Below, piece by piece: positions 26,910 through 39,773 of a DNA stretch of 64,000 bases. The DNA lies in contig OX597839.1 in NCBI GenBank assembly GCA_951406725.2, positions 20,088,001 through 20,152,000 on the forward strand. Direction: 5' to 3'. The position numbers and the translations under genes were made by a program. The notes under the pieces were generated by a model. That model saw only the letters and a list, made by a program, of their open reading frames with translations, did no database searches and was not told where the DNA came from. The DNA is from Octopus vulgaris. Taxonomy: Eukaryota. Each line of letters begins with the position of its first letter. The stretch's first letter is position 1.

Positions 26910-27312
26910 CATCATCATCATCATTGTTCGACCGTGGTCGAGACAATGGAATTTACCATGCTACGCCAGACTTCACGGTCCATCATGGCATTACGGAGGT
27001 CCTGTTGCTGGATGCCTGTATCCCTGGAGATTACATCAGGGTAGGAGAGTGTGCGCCCTCTGGTATAGCGAGTAGATGGCTTCCACAGGAGAAGAGTAGA
27101 AATTACCTCTTTTTCAGCTCTACAACAATGTCCAGCAAACTGGACTTCACAAGAGATGACACAGGTGGTAGTTTCCCATATATTTGCATTTTGGTTGGAA
27201 GCGCTTCCACGAGAGATTTTGAGCTCTCATAAGGAGGCGAGTGTAGGTTCCATCCAACCGCCTCTCAAGCTTCTTTGATAACGTCCAGGTATCTGAGCCA
27301 TATAGTAGAATT
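26910..27312 (-). mobile_element. RTE-clade LINE 3' fragment
   Basis: Translates, with frameshifts, to LLYGSDTWTLSKKLERRLDGTYTRLL..VQFAGHCCR..NAMMDREVWR..EQ* followed by a (TGA)n tail. Confidence 0.88.
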
Positions 27313-27569
27313 TCACCGTAGCAAAATTCCGCCAGTGTCTTCTATCTAGTAAGGCGTCGCCATCTTCACTAATCTATCATCTCTCTAATGAAGTGCTGCC
27401 ATTCTGTTCTCCAACAAAGTGCCGTCACTCCTCTTTCTAGAAAGGCATATTCAGTCTTCTCACCGCCAGTCCCTAGCAAAGAACTGGCACACTTCTCTAT
27501 AACGAAGTGGTGTCACTATTACTTCTCTCTTGCAGGACGCCACCACTCGTCTCTATAGCAAAACTCCAG

Positions 27570-27795
27570 CTCACTCTTACCTCTCTCTTCCCAAGCCCTC
27601 TCGCTTGCCAACTCTTTACCTCTCTCGCCAACTCTTACCTCTCGCTTGCCAACTCATACCTCTCTCCTGCCAAGCTCTCTATCTCTCTCTCTCTCTCTCT
27701 TGCCAACTCTTACTTCTCACTTGCCAACTCATACGTCTCTCCTGCCAAGCTCTCTCTCTCACTTGCCTACTCTTACCTCTCTCTTGCCAAGCTCT

Positions 27796-27835
<40 letters not shown>

Positions 27836-27900
27836 GTCTCTCTCTCTCTTGCCAACGCTTACCTCTCTCCTGCCAAGCCCTCTCGCTTGCCAACCCTCCT
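27570..27900. repeat. ~21-bp minisatellite (CTTGCCAACTCTTACCTCTCT-like)
   Basis: Recurrent tgccaa units separated by CT tracts. Confidence 0.8.
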
Positions 27901-28645
27901 CTCAAGCAAAGCGCCGCCATTCTTACCTCTTTCACACAAAACAGTGTCACTCTTCTCTCTTGCGAAACACCACCGCTCTTCTCTCTCGCAAACTACCACG
28001 AATCTTACTCCTCTGTAACAAAGCACCGCCACTCTCCTCACTCTATTGAAGCGCTGCCATAACCTCTCTAACATAACTTTTTCCCTAACAAACCAGCCAA
28101 TACACTGTCTCCCAACAAAGACCAGTCGCCGAATTTCCTTCACAGCGCATCGCCGCACCACATAACCACATACAGTTCATGACGATAAAGACAAACAAAA
28201 AGAAACACCAACTTTAATCAATACACATAAGCACTTTCGCCCGTTTAACAGACATTGTCACCTCATAAATATCTGACAGTTAAAGACAATAAAACAAATC
28301 TTTAATTTGCATATGCTAACCCATCTCTTACTGTATGCGGCACAAACTCTCCTTCCTGCCGAAAGAAACCTCGGTCTGGCGAGGTTTGTAGCGAAATTGA
28401 GGTCTTTTGTTTAGTTCCTGCCCAACCGCAACGCTAACCCCCGCCATGCCCCTCGCCACGATAATAATAATTAATAAAACTACAACACACCCATATTAAT
28501 GGGCTTATTTTCCTGGTTGTTATGTTTGTTTTCTTTGGAATTTAATTAAGAGACACTGCCAAGTTAATTTGTATACATTCAGCAACACTCGAACGTCCAC
28601 AAGCACGCGTATACAATGGACTGTCTGCACACACACAGACACACC

Positions 28646-28681
<36 letters not shown>

Positions 28682-28775
28682 TGCACGGACGCACACAGAC
28701 ATTTATATACTCATATATATATATATATATATATATAATGTACATACATATATATGTACATACATATATATATAT

Positions 28776-28814
<39 letters not shown>

Positions 28815-28843
28815 GTACATACATATATGTATATACATATATG

Positions 28844-28881
<38 letters not shown>

Positions 28882-28955
28882 TATATATTTACACATATCT
28901 ATACACATGTTTACATATAAGCATATACATGGAACTATGTATGAGTGTATATATG

Positions 28956-28991
<36 letters not shown>

Positions 28992-29944
28992 AACCCACAC
29001 AAATGTATACACACACACACATATGTGCTCATATACTGAACTCTGTACGATTGTATATAAAACTATATACACATGCATATACACATATAGATATATATAC
29101 ATATACAGAAGTATATATGTATACATGCATGTATATATATATACATATGTGTATATGTATATATATATATGTGTGTGTGTATATATATATATATGTTTAT
29201 ATATATATATTTATGTATGTATGTATACATGTATGTATATGCACATGCATATACACTACATATACACACATATATGTGTATTCATATATAACTGTGCACA
29301 TTTTTATAATTATTTAATTCAGAGAAGATGGGGAAGAGATATTGATAAAAAGCATTATTGCTGGTTTTTCCTTTTTTCTTTTTTTCGCTTATTTATTTAA
29401 ATTTTCGATAATTCTTTCTAAAATTCTATTTAGAAACGGGGGAAAAAAATCTCAGGAAATTAATACAGACTTCCAAACAACATGGTGGACAATGAGAAGA
29501 AGAAGAAGAAGAAGAAGTCTCTCTAGAAATATAAAAATATAAAAAATGGTGAAAGAAAGCCTAAACACATTTCGGCCATTTTACAAATATTGTCCATTGA
29601 AAGAATGTCAAAATTTATTGATTTCTCTATTCAGACACATAATCCTATTGAAATTGAACCTATTCATGGTTGATCGATCTCATAAAAAAAATTAGAAATA
29701 AATAGGAAAAGGCGCAAAAGATACATATAACAACTGCACACTGTCCTCTGTATCAATGAATAGATGTCCTCCTACGTGGTACATGGAAATAACAACCCTT
29801 TCCCTCTCGGATTCTTGATGATGCATGACTTAACAGCTAAAATCTAACGAGGGGGCAGCAACGGGATCACAATCGTCCTTAAGTAGACCAGCTTGTGCAA
29901 TACAAGCAGCCGTCACTCACGAGTGAGAATTGCTTCATAACAAT

Positions 29945-30110
29945 CTCCGTTTAATTTTTCTTTCTCCGTAATTTTTTGCCCCTCTTAATCCTTTCTGACG
30001 AAGAACGTAGGCTCGAAACGTCAAAGATTTTTCCGTTCTTCCCTGAGCGTTAAACTAACAAACCTGCTCGTTGTTTTGGTTTTTTTTTATTTCTGTAAAT
30101 TTGAACTATA
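29945..30110 (+). mobile_element. Penelope-like 3' terminus
   Basis: Hammerhead followed by the CCTGAGCG..TTTCTGTAAATTTGAACTATA tail, as at 17200-17298. Confidence 0.7.
29991..30026 (+). ncRNA. minimal type I hammerhead ribozyme, canonical core
   Basis: CTTT-CTGACGA-A-GAAC(GTAG)GCTC-GAAACGT-C-AAAG, with GUC triplet and palindromic ACGT stem III. Confidence 0.7.
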
Positions 30111-30111
30111 T

Positions 30112-30335
30112 ACTCTCTTTTACTCCCTCTTTTACTTGTTTCAGTCATTTGACTGCCTCCATGCTGGAGCACCGCCTTTTAGCCGAGGAAATCGACGCCA
30201 GGACTTATTCTTTGTAAGCCTAGTACTTACTCTATCGGTATCTTTTGCCGAATTGCTAGGTTACGGAGACGTAAACACACCAGCATCCATTATCAAGCAA
30301 GGTTGGGGGGACAAACACAGACACACAAACACACG

Positions 30336-30395
<60 letters not shown>

Positions 30396-30568
30396 GCATA
30401 TATACGACAGGCTTCTTTCAGCTTCTGTCTACCGAATCCACTCACAAGGCTTTGGTCGGCCCGAGGCTACAGTAGAAGACACATAGCCAAGGTGCCACGC
30501 AGTGGGACTGAACCTGGAACCATGTGGTTGGTAAGCAACCCACTTACTACACAGCCACTCCTGCGCCT
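30112..30568 (-). mobile_element. SINE family A, full length
   Basis: All motifs present. Confidence 0.92.
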
Positions 30569-30572
30569 GTAT

Positions 30573-30648
<76 letters not shown>

Positions 30649-30773
30649 CAAATATATGGGAAAATAATTATTAATTAAAATTAACAAATTTTACCAAGTA
30701 GTTTCGCTATGGAAAGGGAACCATTATCGGCAAGAACTTTTGCTAAAATATTTTTTATATATAAATATATTTC

Positions 30774-30803
<30 letters not shown>

Positions 30804-30807
<4 letters not shown>

Positions 30808-31205
30808 CGCAGGAGTGGCTGTGTGGTAAGTAGCTTGCTTACAAAGCACATGGCTCCGGGTTCAGTCCCACTGCGTGGCATCTTGGGCAAGTGTCTGCTG
30901 CTATAGCCCCGGGTCGACCAATGCCTTGTGAGTGGATTTGGTAGACGGAAACTGAAAGAAGCCTATCGTATATATGTATATATATATGTGTGTATGTGTG
31001 TGTATATGTTTGTGCCTTTGTTTGCCCCCCTAGCATCGCTTGACAACCGATGCTGGTGTGTTTAAGTCCCCGTCACTTAGCAGTTCGGCAAAAAGAGACC
31101 GATAGAATAAGTACTGGTCTTACAAAGAATAAGTCCCGGGGTAGATCTGCTCGACTAAAGACGGTGCTCCAGCATGGCCGCAGTCAAATGACTGAAACAG
31201 GTAAA
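30804..31205 (+). mobile_element. SINE family A, full length
   Basis: All motifs present; head-to-head with 30112-30568. Confidence 0.92.
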
Positions 31206-32094
31206 AAAAAAACAAAGAAAAAGAAAAGAAAATGCGCGTGGGGGGGGCAGTATTTGAATCTATTTGTTTACTGACCTATGACTCTATTTCTTTCCGTCCC
31301 TCCTCTCTTTCTCTCTCTTTCTCTGTATACTCACACACACACGCGCACATGTAGGCATACACTCCACACTTGCATATATAATAACTGTACCTGTTAATTA
31401 TAATTAACAATGTATACAAATCATAAATTGTAAAACCGTCTTCTGGAAGATTTCACGTTTAAATCCACAAGCATTACCTCGGAGGACTGGACGTATAACG
31501 TCCCCGATAGATATACCCTTGCACACATTCAATCGTTAATACATGTTGGTGTATGTATGTATGTATGTATGTATGTATGTATGTATGTATGTATGTATGT
31601 ATGTATGTATGTATGTATGTATGTATGCATGCATGCATGCATGCATGTATGTATGTATGTATGTATGTATGTATGTATGCATGTATGTATGTATGCATGT
31701 ATGTATGTATGTATGTACGTATGTATATATGTATGTATGTATGTATGCATGCATGCATGTATATACAGGTATGTATGTATGTATGTATGTATGTATGTAT
31801 GCATGTATGTATGTATGCATGTATGTATGTATGTATGTATGCATGCATGCATGCATGTATGTATGTATGTATGTATGTATGTATGTATGTATATATGCAT
31901 GTATGTAAGTATGTATGCATGCATGTATACAGGTATGTATGGGTGGGTGAGTATGTGTATGTACGAGTGTGTGTATGTATGCATCGTTGTGTGTATGTAT
32001 GCGTGTAGTCAGCACATCCAAATCCATATAGACGAATGAATTCGTATATATATATATATATATATATAAAATAAATGTGTATATATATATAAAA

Positions 32095-32305
32095 TAAATG
32101 CGCCCTTTTAAAGCCTAGCCAGGCTCATGGGCCCGGTTTGTATGGCGTATGTGTTCCCCAGCTGGATGGGACGCCAGTCCATCGCAGTGTTACTCATTTT
32201 TGCCAGCCGAGTGGACTGGAGCAACGTGAAATCCGGTCCAGGATTCGAAACCACAATCTTGCGATCATGATGCTGACACCGTAACCACTAAGCTACGCGC
32301 CTCCA

Positions 32306-32306
<1 letters not shown>
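32095..32306 (-). mobile_element. tRNA-derived SINE with V-domain-like motif, internally deleted
   Basis: Minus strand has a GTGGAGGCGCGTAGCTTAGTGG..GTTTCGAATCC head and GCGATGGACTGGCGTCCCATCCAG. Confidence 0.75.
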
Positions 32307-32388
<82 letters not shown>

Positions 32389-32486
32389 CGGGAAGCTTTA
32401 TGAAAATAAACAAAAGACGAAGGCAGGTGGGAAACAAACGAACAATTGTATTAGTATGGCGCTCAGGAAATATAAATAAAACAAGT

Positions 32487-32522
32487 CTTTAACGTTTCGA
32501 GCCTACGCTCTTCAACAGAAAG
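32487..32522 (-). ncRNA. minimal hammerhead motif with variant core CUGUUGA in the Neptune 3' UTR
   Basis: CTTT-CTGTTGA-A-GAGC(GTAG)GCTC-GAAACGT-T-AAAG. Confidence 0.7.
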
Positions 32523-32754
32523 ATACACAGAGAGAGAAAAACACAGAAAGAAGGAGAGAAAAAAAGCGTGCAGTAGCTAACGAATCAACATGGCTATCTG
32601 ATTTCGGCCAGAGGTCAAAGATCAAACATGAGACGCGAGAGCGAAATAAGGGGAGATAATAGGGTTGATAAAAGGGTTGAGGGACCAGCTAATAGTGCGT
32701 AGGAGGGGTCTGGATGTGTGTATGTATAGGGTTGGTGTATGTATTAGTATGTAT

Positions 32755-32791
<37 letters not shown>

Positions 32792-33349
32792 AGAGAGTAT
32801 TAGTGCGTAGGATTAGTCTGGACGTGCGTATGTATGGGGTTGGTGTATGTATTAGTATGTATTAGTATGTATTAGTACGTATTGGTATGTATAAGTGTGT
32901 GTGTGTGTGTATGAGAGAGTATAAGTGCGTATGCGGGGTCTGGACGTGTGTATGTATAGGGTTGGTGTATGTATTAGTATGTACTAGTATGTATTAGTAC
33001 GTATTAGTATGTATTAGTTGGTGTGTGTATTAGTATGGCACATCATATGTGATGTGATGTGTAAAGTCATGTGGTGTAGTGAGGAGAAGAGGGGGAGGGG
33101 GAGAAGAGGGGGGAGAGAAGGGGAGGGGAAGAAGGGGAGGGGAAGAAGAGGGGGAGGAGAGGGGAGGAGGGGGATGAAGGAGGAAAGAGGGAGAGGGGGA
33201 GAGAGAAGGGGAGAGAGGGAGTGAGGGAGCAGAGGGAAGGGGAAGAGGGAGGGAGAAAGAGGGAAGAAGGGAAGGGGAGTAGGGGTGAAAGGATGAAGGA
33301 CTGAAGAAGTAGGGGTCGGGGGGAAAGGATAGGTGAGGAGGGGGTGAGG

Positions 33350-34942
33350 TTAGATGAGGAGGGGGGAGAGTTGAGACCAAATGGCGTATAAGAGCGAAGA
33401 GAGAAGATTAATTCCTGTTCACGGCGCAAACGGGAATCCGGATGGCCTCTGTGTAAGGACAAACCGAACACAGATAGGTGTTGCAAGGAGTGACCGGTGG
33501 AGCGGAAATGGCGTGAGACCGGTGTGTCGTTCGCAAGGTGGATGTCACGAAGGTGTTCCGCGAACCGGTCAGCCAAGCGGCGTCCCGTTTGTCCGATGTA
33601 CAAGGAATTGCAGAGAGAGCAAGAGATGCAATATATAATATTGCTGGAGGTGCAGGTGAAGGAGTGGATGATGGGATAGGGTCGATGGTGGGTGCTAGTG
33701 AGGCGGGTGGTGTTGGAGAGGTAAGGGCAAGTGCGGCAACGTGGGCGGGAGCAGGGGAACGAGCCGGGTTGGGAGGTAGGGTCAGGGAAGGAGCTATGGA
33801 CCAAAAGGTCTCGAAGGTTGTGGGGTCGTTTGAAAGAGGGGAGGGGTCGGTTAGGGAAGAGGTGTGAAGTGGACGGGTCGGACTGGAGATGACGGAAAGC
33901 TCGAAGAATGGTGCGTTGGAGACGTAGGGTCGTGGGGTGGTAAGTGAGGGGAAAAGGGAGGCGGGAGACTACAGGGCGGGTTCGGGGAGAGAGAGCAGAT
34001 ACACGGTCCACGGACCGTGCTCTGGCAAGGGCGGTGTGGATAGTGGTGAGGGGGTATCCACGTAGGGTGAAGTGGTGAGCCATACGTTGAGACTGAGTCT
34101 CAAAGTCATGGTCGTCACTACAGAGCCTACGTAGACGGAGGAATTGGGAATAGGGGATGGAAAGCTTGGTGTGTTCTGGGTGGGAGGAAGAGAAGTTGAG
34201 GTATGAGTGTGAGCCTGTGTGTTTGTAGTGAATGGAGGTGGTAAGAGTGGAGTGAAGAATGCTAACCGAAATGTCGAGGAAGGAGACAGAGGTGTTGGAG
34301 ATAGTGGAAGTGAAGTGGAGGGCTGGATGGAAAGATTGGACGAAAGAGAGGAAGGAATCTAGATGTTCGCGGGAGAGTGAGGTGGCACCGATAATGTCGT
34401 CAATGTAACGACCATATAGTTCAGGAGTGGGACCAGTGAAATTAGAGAATATTTGGGCCTCAACATAGCCAACGAACAGGTTCGCATAGTTGGGGCCCAT
34501 TCGCGTTCCCATGGCCACTCCCGAGATCTGATGGTAGAACTCGCCCGCGAACGAGAAGCAGTTCAGAGTAAGGACAAGTTCGGCCAGACGAATGAGTGTG
34601 GAGGTGTCAGGTACAGGGTTAGAGCGGAGGTCAAGAAAGTGTCGAAGGGCCTGCAGTCCTTCGTGGTGAGGGATAACAGTATAGAGGCTTTGGATGTCCA
34701 TAGTAAAAAGGATTTTGGAGGAGCCGGGAGGAAAGGAGAAAGAGTTGAAAAGCCGGAGAGCATGGTTGGTATCGTGGATGTGGGAGGGAAGAGATGCCAC
34801 TAGGGGGCAAGGACACGGTCGAGGTATTTAGAGATGAGCTCCGTGGGGCAGTTACAGGCGGAGACGATGGGGCGACCAGGGTTGTTGGGTTTGTGGATTT
34901 TGGGGAGGAAGTAAATGGTGGGGGTACGTGGGGTTCGCACAA
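33350..34942 (-). pseudogene. Penelope-like reverse transcriptase / GIY-YIG endonuclease (partial, frameshifted)
   Basis: [14 protein letters not shown] (34803-34942) continues in another frame into MDIQSLYT, GVAMGTRMGP, RYIDD, FLDI, the Cys linker CSRPRCRTC, NIIY..YIGQT and RREQELI..PFGLN. Confidence 0.93.
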
Positions 34943-34969
34943 TTAGTTCGCACATATATATATATATGC

Positions 34970-35301
34970 TGAGACCACTTCGGTCATGACTGACCATGGG
35001 ATTGCCCCTAGAAAGTTACCCTCCCAGGCACAATCCGGGCAAGGTTGTTTATGGAAGACCAGCAGTCGCCCATGCATAATAGCCTGTCCATTCCACGTCA
35101 CCAGTGTTACCCAAGGGAAAGGCAAAGGGGCCGATATAGCTTGGGACCTGTGACGTCGTGACTCATTTCTACAGCTGAATGAACTGGATCAACGGGAAAT
35201 AAAGTGTCTTGCTCAAGAACACAACACGTAGCCCGTCCTGGGATTTGAACTCACAACCTCACGATCGTAAGCTCGACACTCTGACCACTGAGCCATGCGC
35301 C

Positions 35302-35304
<3 letters not shown>
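34970..35304 (-). mobile_element. tRNA-derived CORE-like SINE (family D)
   Basis: Minus strand has head GGCGCATGGCTCAGTGG..GAGTTCAAATCCC and core GTGTTCTTGAGCAAGACACTT. Its 3' part also occurs at 26761-26885. Confidence 0.82.
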
Positions 35305-35347
<43 letters not shown>

Positions 35348-35627
35348 TACACATATATATATATATATATATATACAGAGAGAGAGAGAGAGAGGGAGAG
35401 AGATTGTGAGAGAGAAAGAGAGAGAGAGAGAATAAAAGGAAAAGAGAGATAGGTTCATTGGTACATAGGAAAGTGTACTGTAATATAAAAACGTAGACAC
35501 AGGTACAGAGAGAGAGAAGGGGAAGAGAGAGAGGTAATTTATGAGGGGGGGGATGGATGGATGGATGGATGGATGGATAGATAGATAGATAGAAGAATGG
35601 ATAGATAGATAGATAGATAGATGGATG

Positions 35628-35895
<268 letters not shown>

Positions 35896-35898
35896 AAA

Positions 35899-36029
<131 letters not shown>

Positions 36030-36421
36030 GATAGATAGACAAACAGACAGACAGATCGATAAAAAGATAATCTGTTTAAAATGTTGTGCCTGAAATTTGC
36101 AAGTAATATCACGAAACAAAGGCATCGCAGTCCATTTTTCTTATCACCAAGCTGCAGAAGTAAAATTCGTGAAGAAGACAAATTTTCAATTTGTTTACAA
36201 AAAGAAATTAATATGCATGTGTATGCAAATGTAGTCGTACGGTCATAGAATTGCAAGAAAAATGTTAAAAATGCGAGGGATATCAACCGCAAACCACCAT
36301 CTTGCTTAGCCTTCCGTTGTTTCTCCCGCTTTTAATCCCAATTTTTTTTTATCTGTCTTTGTACACCAGAATAATTATTTTGCATATTCGGAGACTCCTC
36401 AAAGAAAATGAATATTAACAT

Positions 36422-36584
36422 AGGCGCGCGAGTGGCTGTGTGGTAAGTAGCTTGCTAACCAACCACATGGCTCCGGGTTCAGTCCCACTGCGTGGCATCT
36501 TGAGCAAGTGTCTTCTGCTATAGCCCTGGGTCGACCAATGCCTTGTAAGTGGATTTGGTAGACGGAAACTGAAAGAAGCCTGTC

Positions 36585-36626
<42 letters not shown>

Positions 36627-36840
36627 ATGTGTGTGTGTGTGTGTGTGTGTTTGTCCTCCTAGCATTGCTTGACAACCGATGCTGGTGTGTTTACGTCCCC
36701 GTCACTTAGCGGTTCGGCAAAAAGAGACCGATAGAATAAGTACTGGGCTTACAAAGAATAAGTCCCGGGGTCGATTTGCTCGACTAAAGGCGGTGCTCCA
36801 GCATGGCCGCAGTCAAATGACTGAAACAAGTAAAAGAGTA
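36422..36840 (+). mobile_element. SINE family A, full length
   Basis: All motifs present. Confidence 0.92.
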
Positions 36841-36856
36841 TATAGAAACACATTAA

Positions 36857-37900
36857 GGAGGTGAGCGAGAAGAATAGCAGCTAGCATCCCTGGCACAATA
36901 CTTAGCGGCTTTTTTGTCCGTTTTCAAGTTCTGATTTCGAATTCCGCCGAGGTCGACTTTGATTTAATCCTTTTGGGGTCGATGAAATAAGTACCTATTT
37001 CTTTACTACCCACAAGAGGCTAAACAGAGGGGACAAACAAGGACAGACAAGCTGATTAAGTCGATTACATCGACCCCAGTGCTTAACTGGTACTTAATTT
37101 ATCGACCCCGAAAGGAGGAAACGCAAAGTCGACCTCGGCAGAATTTGAACTCAGAACGTAACGGCAGACGAAATACGGCTACGCATATTGCCCGGCGTGC
37201 TAACGATTCTGCCAGCTCACCGCCCTGATGAAATAAGTACCAGTTGAACACTGGGGTCGATGTAATCGACTTGAGCCCCTCCCCCAAAATTTCAGGTCAT
37301 GCGCCTGTAGTAGAAAGGGTTATTTTTATTATTGTTGATAAAATTCGAAGCCCCTGTGTCCGAGGTCGATTTTGACTTTCATCCTTTCATCCAGTCAAGT
37401 ACTGGGCTCGATATGGTCGACCGTCTCCCTTCCCTCAAATTCTAGGTCTGGTGCCTACAGCAGAAAGGATTATCAAGGTAGCGAGCAGGCAAAATGTTTA
37501 GCATGTCGCACAAAATGCTGAGAGGCGTTTCGTCCATCTTTGCGTTCTGAGTTCAAATTCCACCGAGGTCGACTTTGCCGTTCATTCTTTCGAGGTCGAT
37601 AAATTAAGTACCAGTCAAGAACAAGGGTCGATTTGGTCGATCATCCCCCCTCCCCTCAAATTCGTGACCATGCGCCAATTGTGGAAATAATTATCAAGGT
37701 GGCGTGCTAGCAAAATGTCTGGCACGCCGGACAAAATTCTTAGCGGCATTTCGTCTGTCTTTACATTCTGGGTTCAAATTCCCCCGGGGTCGACTTCAAC
37801 TCTCGTCCTTTCGAGAGTAGATGTAATCGACTATACCCTACCCCAAATTGGAGCCTATAGTAGAAAGGATTACTATCAAAGGAGCGAGCTAGCAGAATCA
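36857..37900. mobile_element. SINE family C cluster with nested antisense copy (36995-37226)
   Basis: TSD GATGAAATAAGTACC at 36981-36995 and 37227-37241, followed by several degenerate plus-strand copies. Confidence 0.88.
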
Positions 37901-38025
37901 TAAGTATTTATTTTATATAAGCATCGTACGTATTCAATCGATCTCTTATGCAAAACTGCTAAGTTACGGGGACATAAACACTAGCACCGGTCGTCAAGCA
38001 GTGTAGGAGTGCAGATATATGTCTG

Positions 38026-38062
<37 letters not shown>

Positions 38063-38575
38063 GCCCTCCCACACGTATAGGGTTTTGAAGCCTAACGCCC
38101 CACCTCGTACAATTGCAGATCCCTTTCAGATTCAAGAACTCCACCAAACTGCTGAATTCCAGATTTGAACTTTTCAGGTGGTGTAAACATATTGATAAGC
38201 TCCCGTTGGCGAATTTGAAAATACCACCCTCTTCGAATTGAGCTGTTGTACCGCAGAGTCTTGACTTCTATCCATTCAGCCTTATTATAACTTTACGGTC
38301 AAAGGGAATATAAATTTAGTTCTTCCTTATTTTTCTTTTTCTTTTCGTTTTTCCATTCGTTTTCCGCAGTTTTCAACAATCCACATTTTACGTGTACATT
38401 CTTCTCACCTTTCCTCGTCATCCTTTGGCTTGTTATGTCACGTGGGCATTGACTGAGCCACCAGATATGTTATAAAATGCTGTTTGAGTTGTTTCCATCG
38501 CATGAAACTATGACTAGCTCGTCGAAATATATACTGTGTTCATTTAACAATATACACACCCACGCATATATATAT

Positions 38576-38807
38576 ATTTCTTTACTACCCACAAGGGGCT
38601 AAACATAGAGGGGACAAACAAGGACAGACAAAGGGATTAAGTCGATTACATCGACCCCAGTGGGAAACTGGTACTTTATTTATTGACCCCGAAAGGATGA
38701 AAGACAAAGTCAACCTCGGCGGAATTCGAACTCATAACGTAACGACAGACGAAATACCGCTAAGCATTTCGCCCTGCGCGCTAACGTTTCTGCCAGCTCG
38801 CTGCCTT
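38576..38807 (-). mobile_element. SINE family C, full length
   Basis: From head AAGGCAGCGAGCTGGCAGAAACGTTAGC through tail GTAGTAAAGAAAT. Confidence 0.9.
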
Positions 38808-38824
38808 ACACATACATATAATCG

Positions 38825-39061
38825 TGGAGGCACATGGCCTAGTGGTTAAAACAGCGGATTCGCGGTCGAGGGATTGCGAGTTCGAATCTCAGATCGGGCG
38901 ATGTTTATGAGCAAAACACCTAATTTACCACGCGGTAATGGTGAACTTCTGCTGTCACAACTTTCTCTCACATCTTCCTGCTTCTAGCAGCTCACCTGCG
39001 ATGGACCGGTCTCCCATCCAGGTGGGGAACCTATACGCCAATGAAACCGGGAAACCGGCCT
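38825..39061 (+). mobile_element. SINE family B2
   Basis: Similar to 21391-21685. Confidence 0.82.
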
Positions 39062-39107
39062 TTATATATACAATCACTCACATATATATATCTATAAATA
39101 TGAACAT

Positions 39108-39314
39108 ACTCTCTTTACTCTTTTACTTGTTTCAGTCATTTGACTGCGGCCATGCTGGAGCACCGCCTTTAGTCGAGCAAATCGACCCCGGGACTTATTC
39201 TTTGTAAGCCCAGTACTTATTCTATCGATCTCTTTTGCTGAACCGCTAAGTGACGGGGACGTAAACACACCAGCATCGGTTGTCAAGCAATGCTAGGAGG
39301 ACAAACACACGCAC

Positions 39315-39346
<32 letters not shown>

Positions 39347-39773
39347 GTTAATAAAATAGAACATATGCATATATATAAACATATATGTACGTACCTACCT
39401 CTACATGTACATATACACGCATATATGTGTACAGGACACCAAAAAGACGTCGAACACATAGAGAGACGAAAAACATAGACACAAACCAAGGAACAGGACA
39501 AGCAAAAAAGAAAAAAAGAGATACAGGACAATAAGCACAACGAAAAATCCCCTTCTTCAGTCGCTAAGGTTTCATCTACTCTACGTTTCGAAGGATAAAT
39601 ATATATATACGACAGGCTTCTTTCAGTTTCCGTCTACCAAATCCACTTACAAGGCATTGGTCGGCCCGGGGCTATAGCAGAAGACACTTGCCCAAGATGC
39701 CACGCAGTGGGACTGAACCCGGAGCCATGTGGTTGGTTAGCAAGCTACTTACCACACAGCCACTCCTGCGCCT
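39108..39773 (-). mobile_element. SINE family A interrupted in its (TA)n tract by a 39347-39600 insertion
   Basis: Both SINE halves are intact. The insert is homologous to 6013-6190 and 6780-6940. Confidence 0.88.

Larger units (their letters stand above)
32388..34954 (-). mobile_element. Penelope-like retroelement, Neptune type, 5'-truncated
   Basis: RT plus GIY-YIG ORF, long microsatellite-containing 3' UTR with a hammerhead, and a 3' end abutting (TA)n. Confidence 0.92.

Noticed and set aside
33067-33349. Pro/Ser/Leu-rich C-terminal extension of the 577-aa ORF
   Set aside because: CT-rich 3' UTR read-through after the GLN end motif; probably not native protein.
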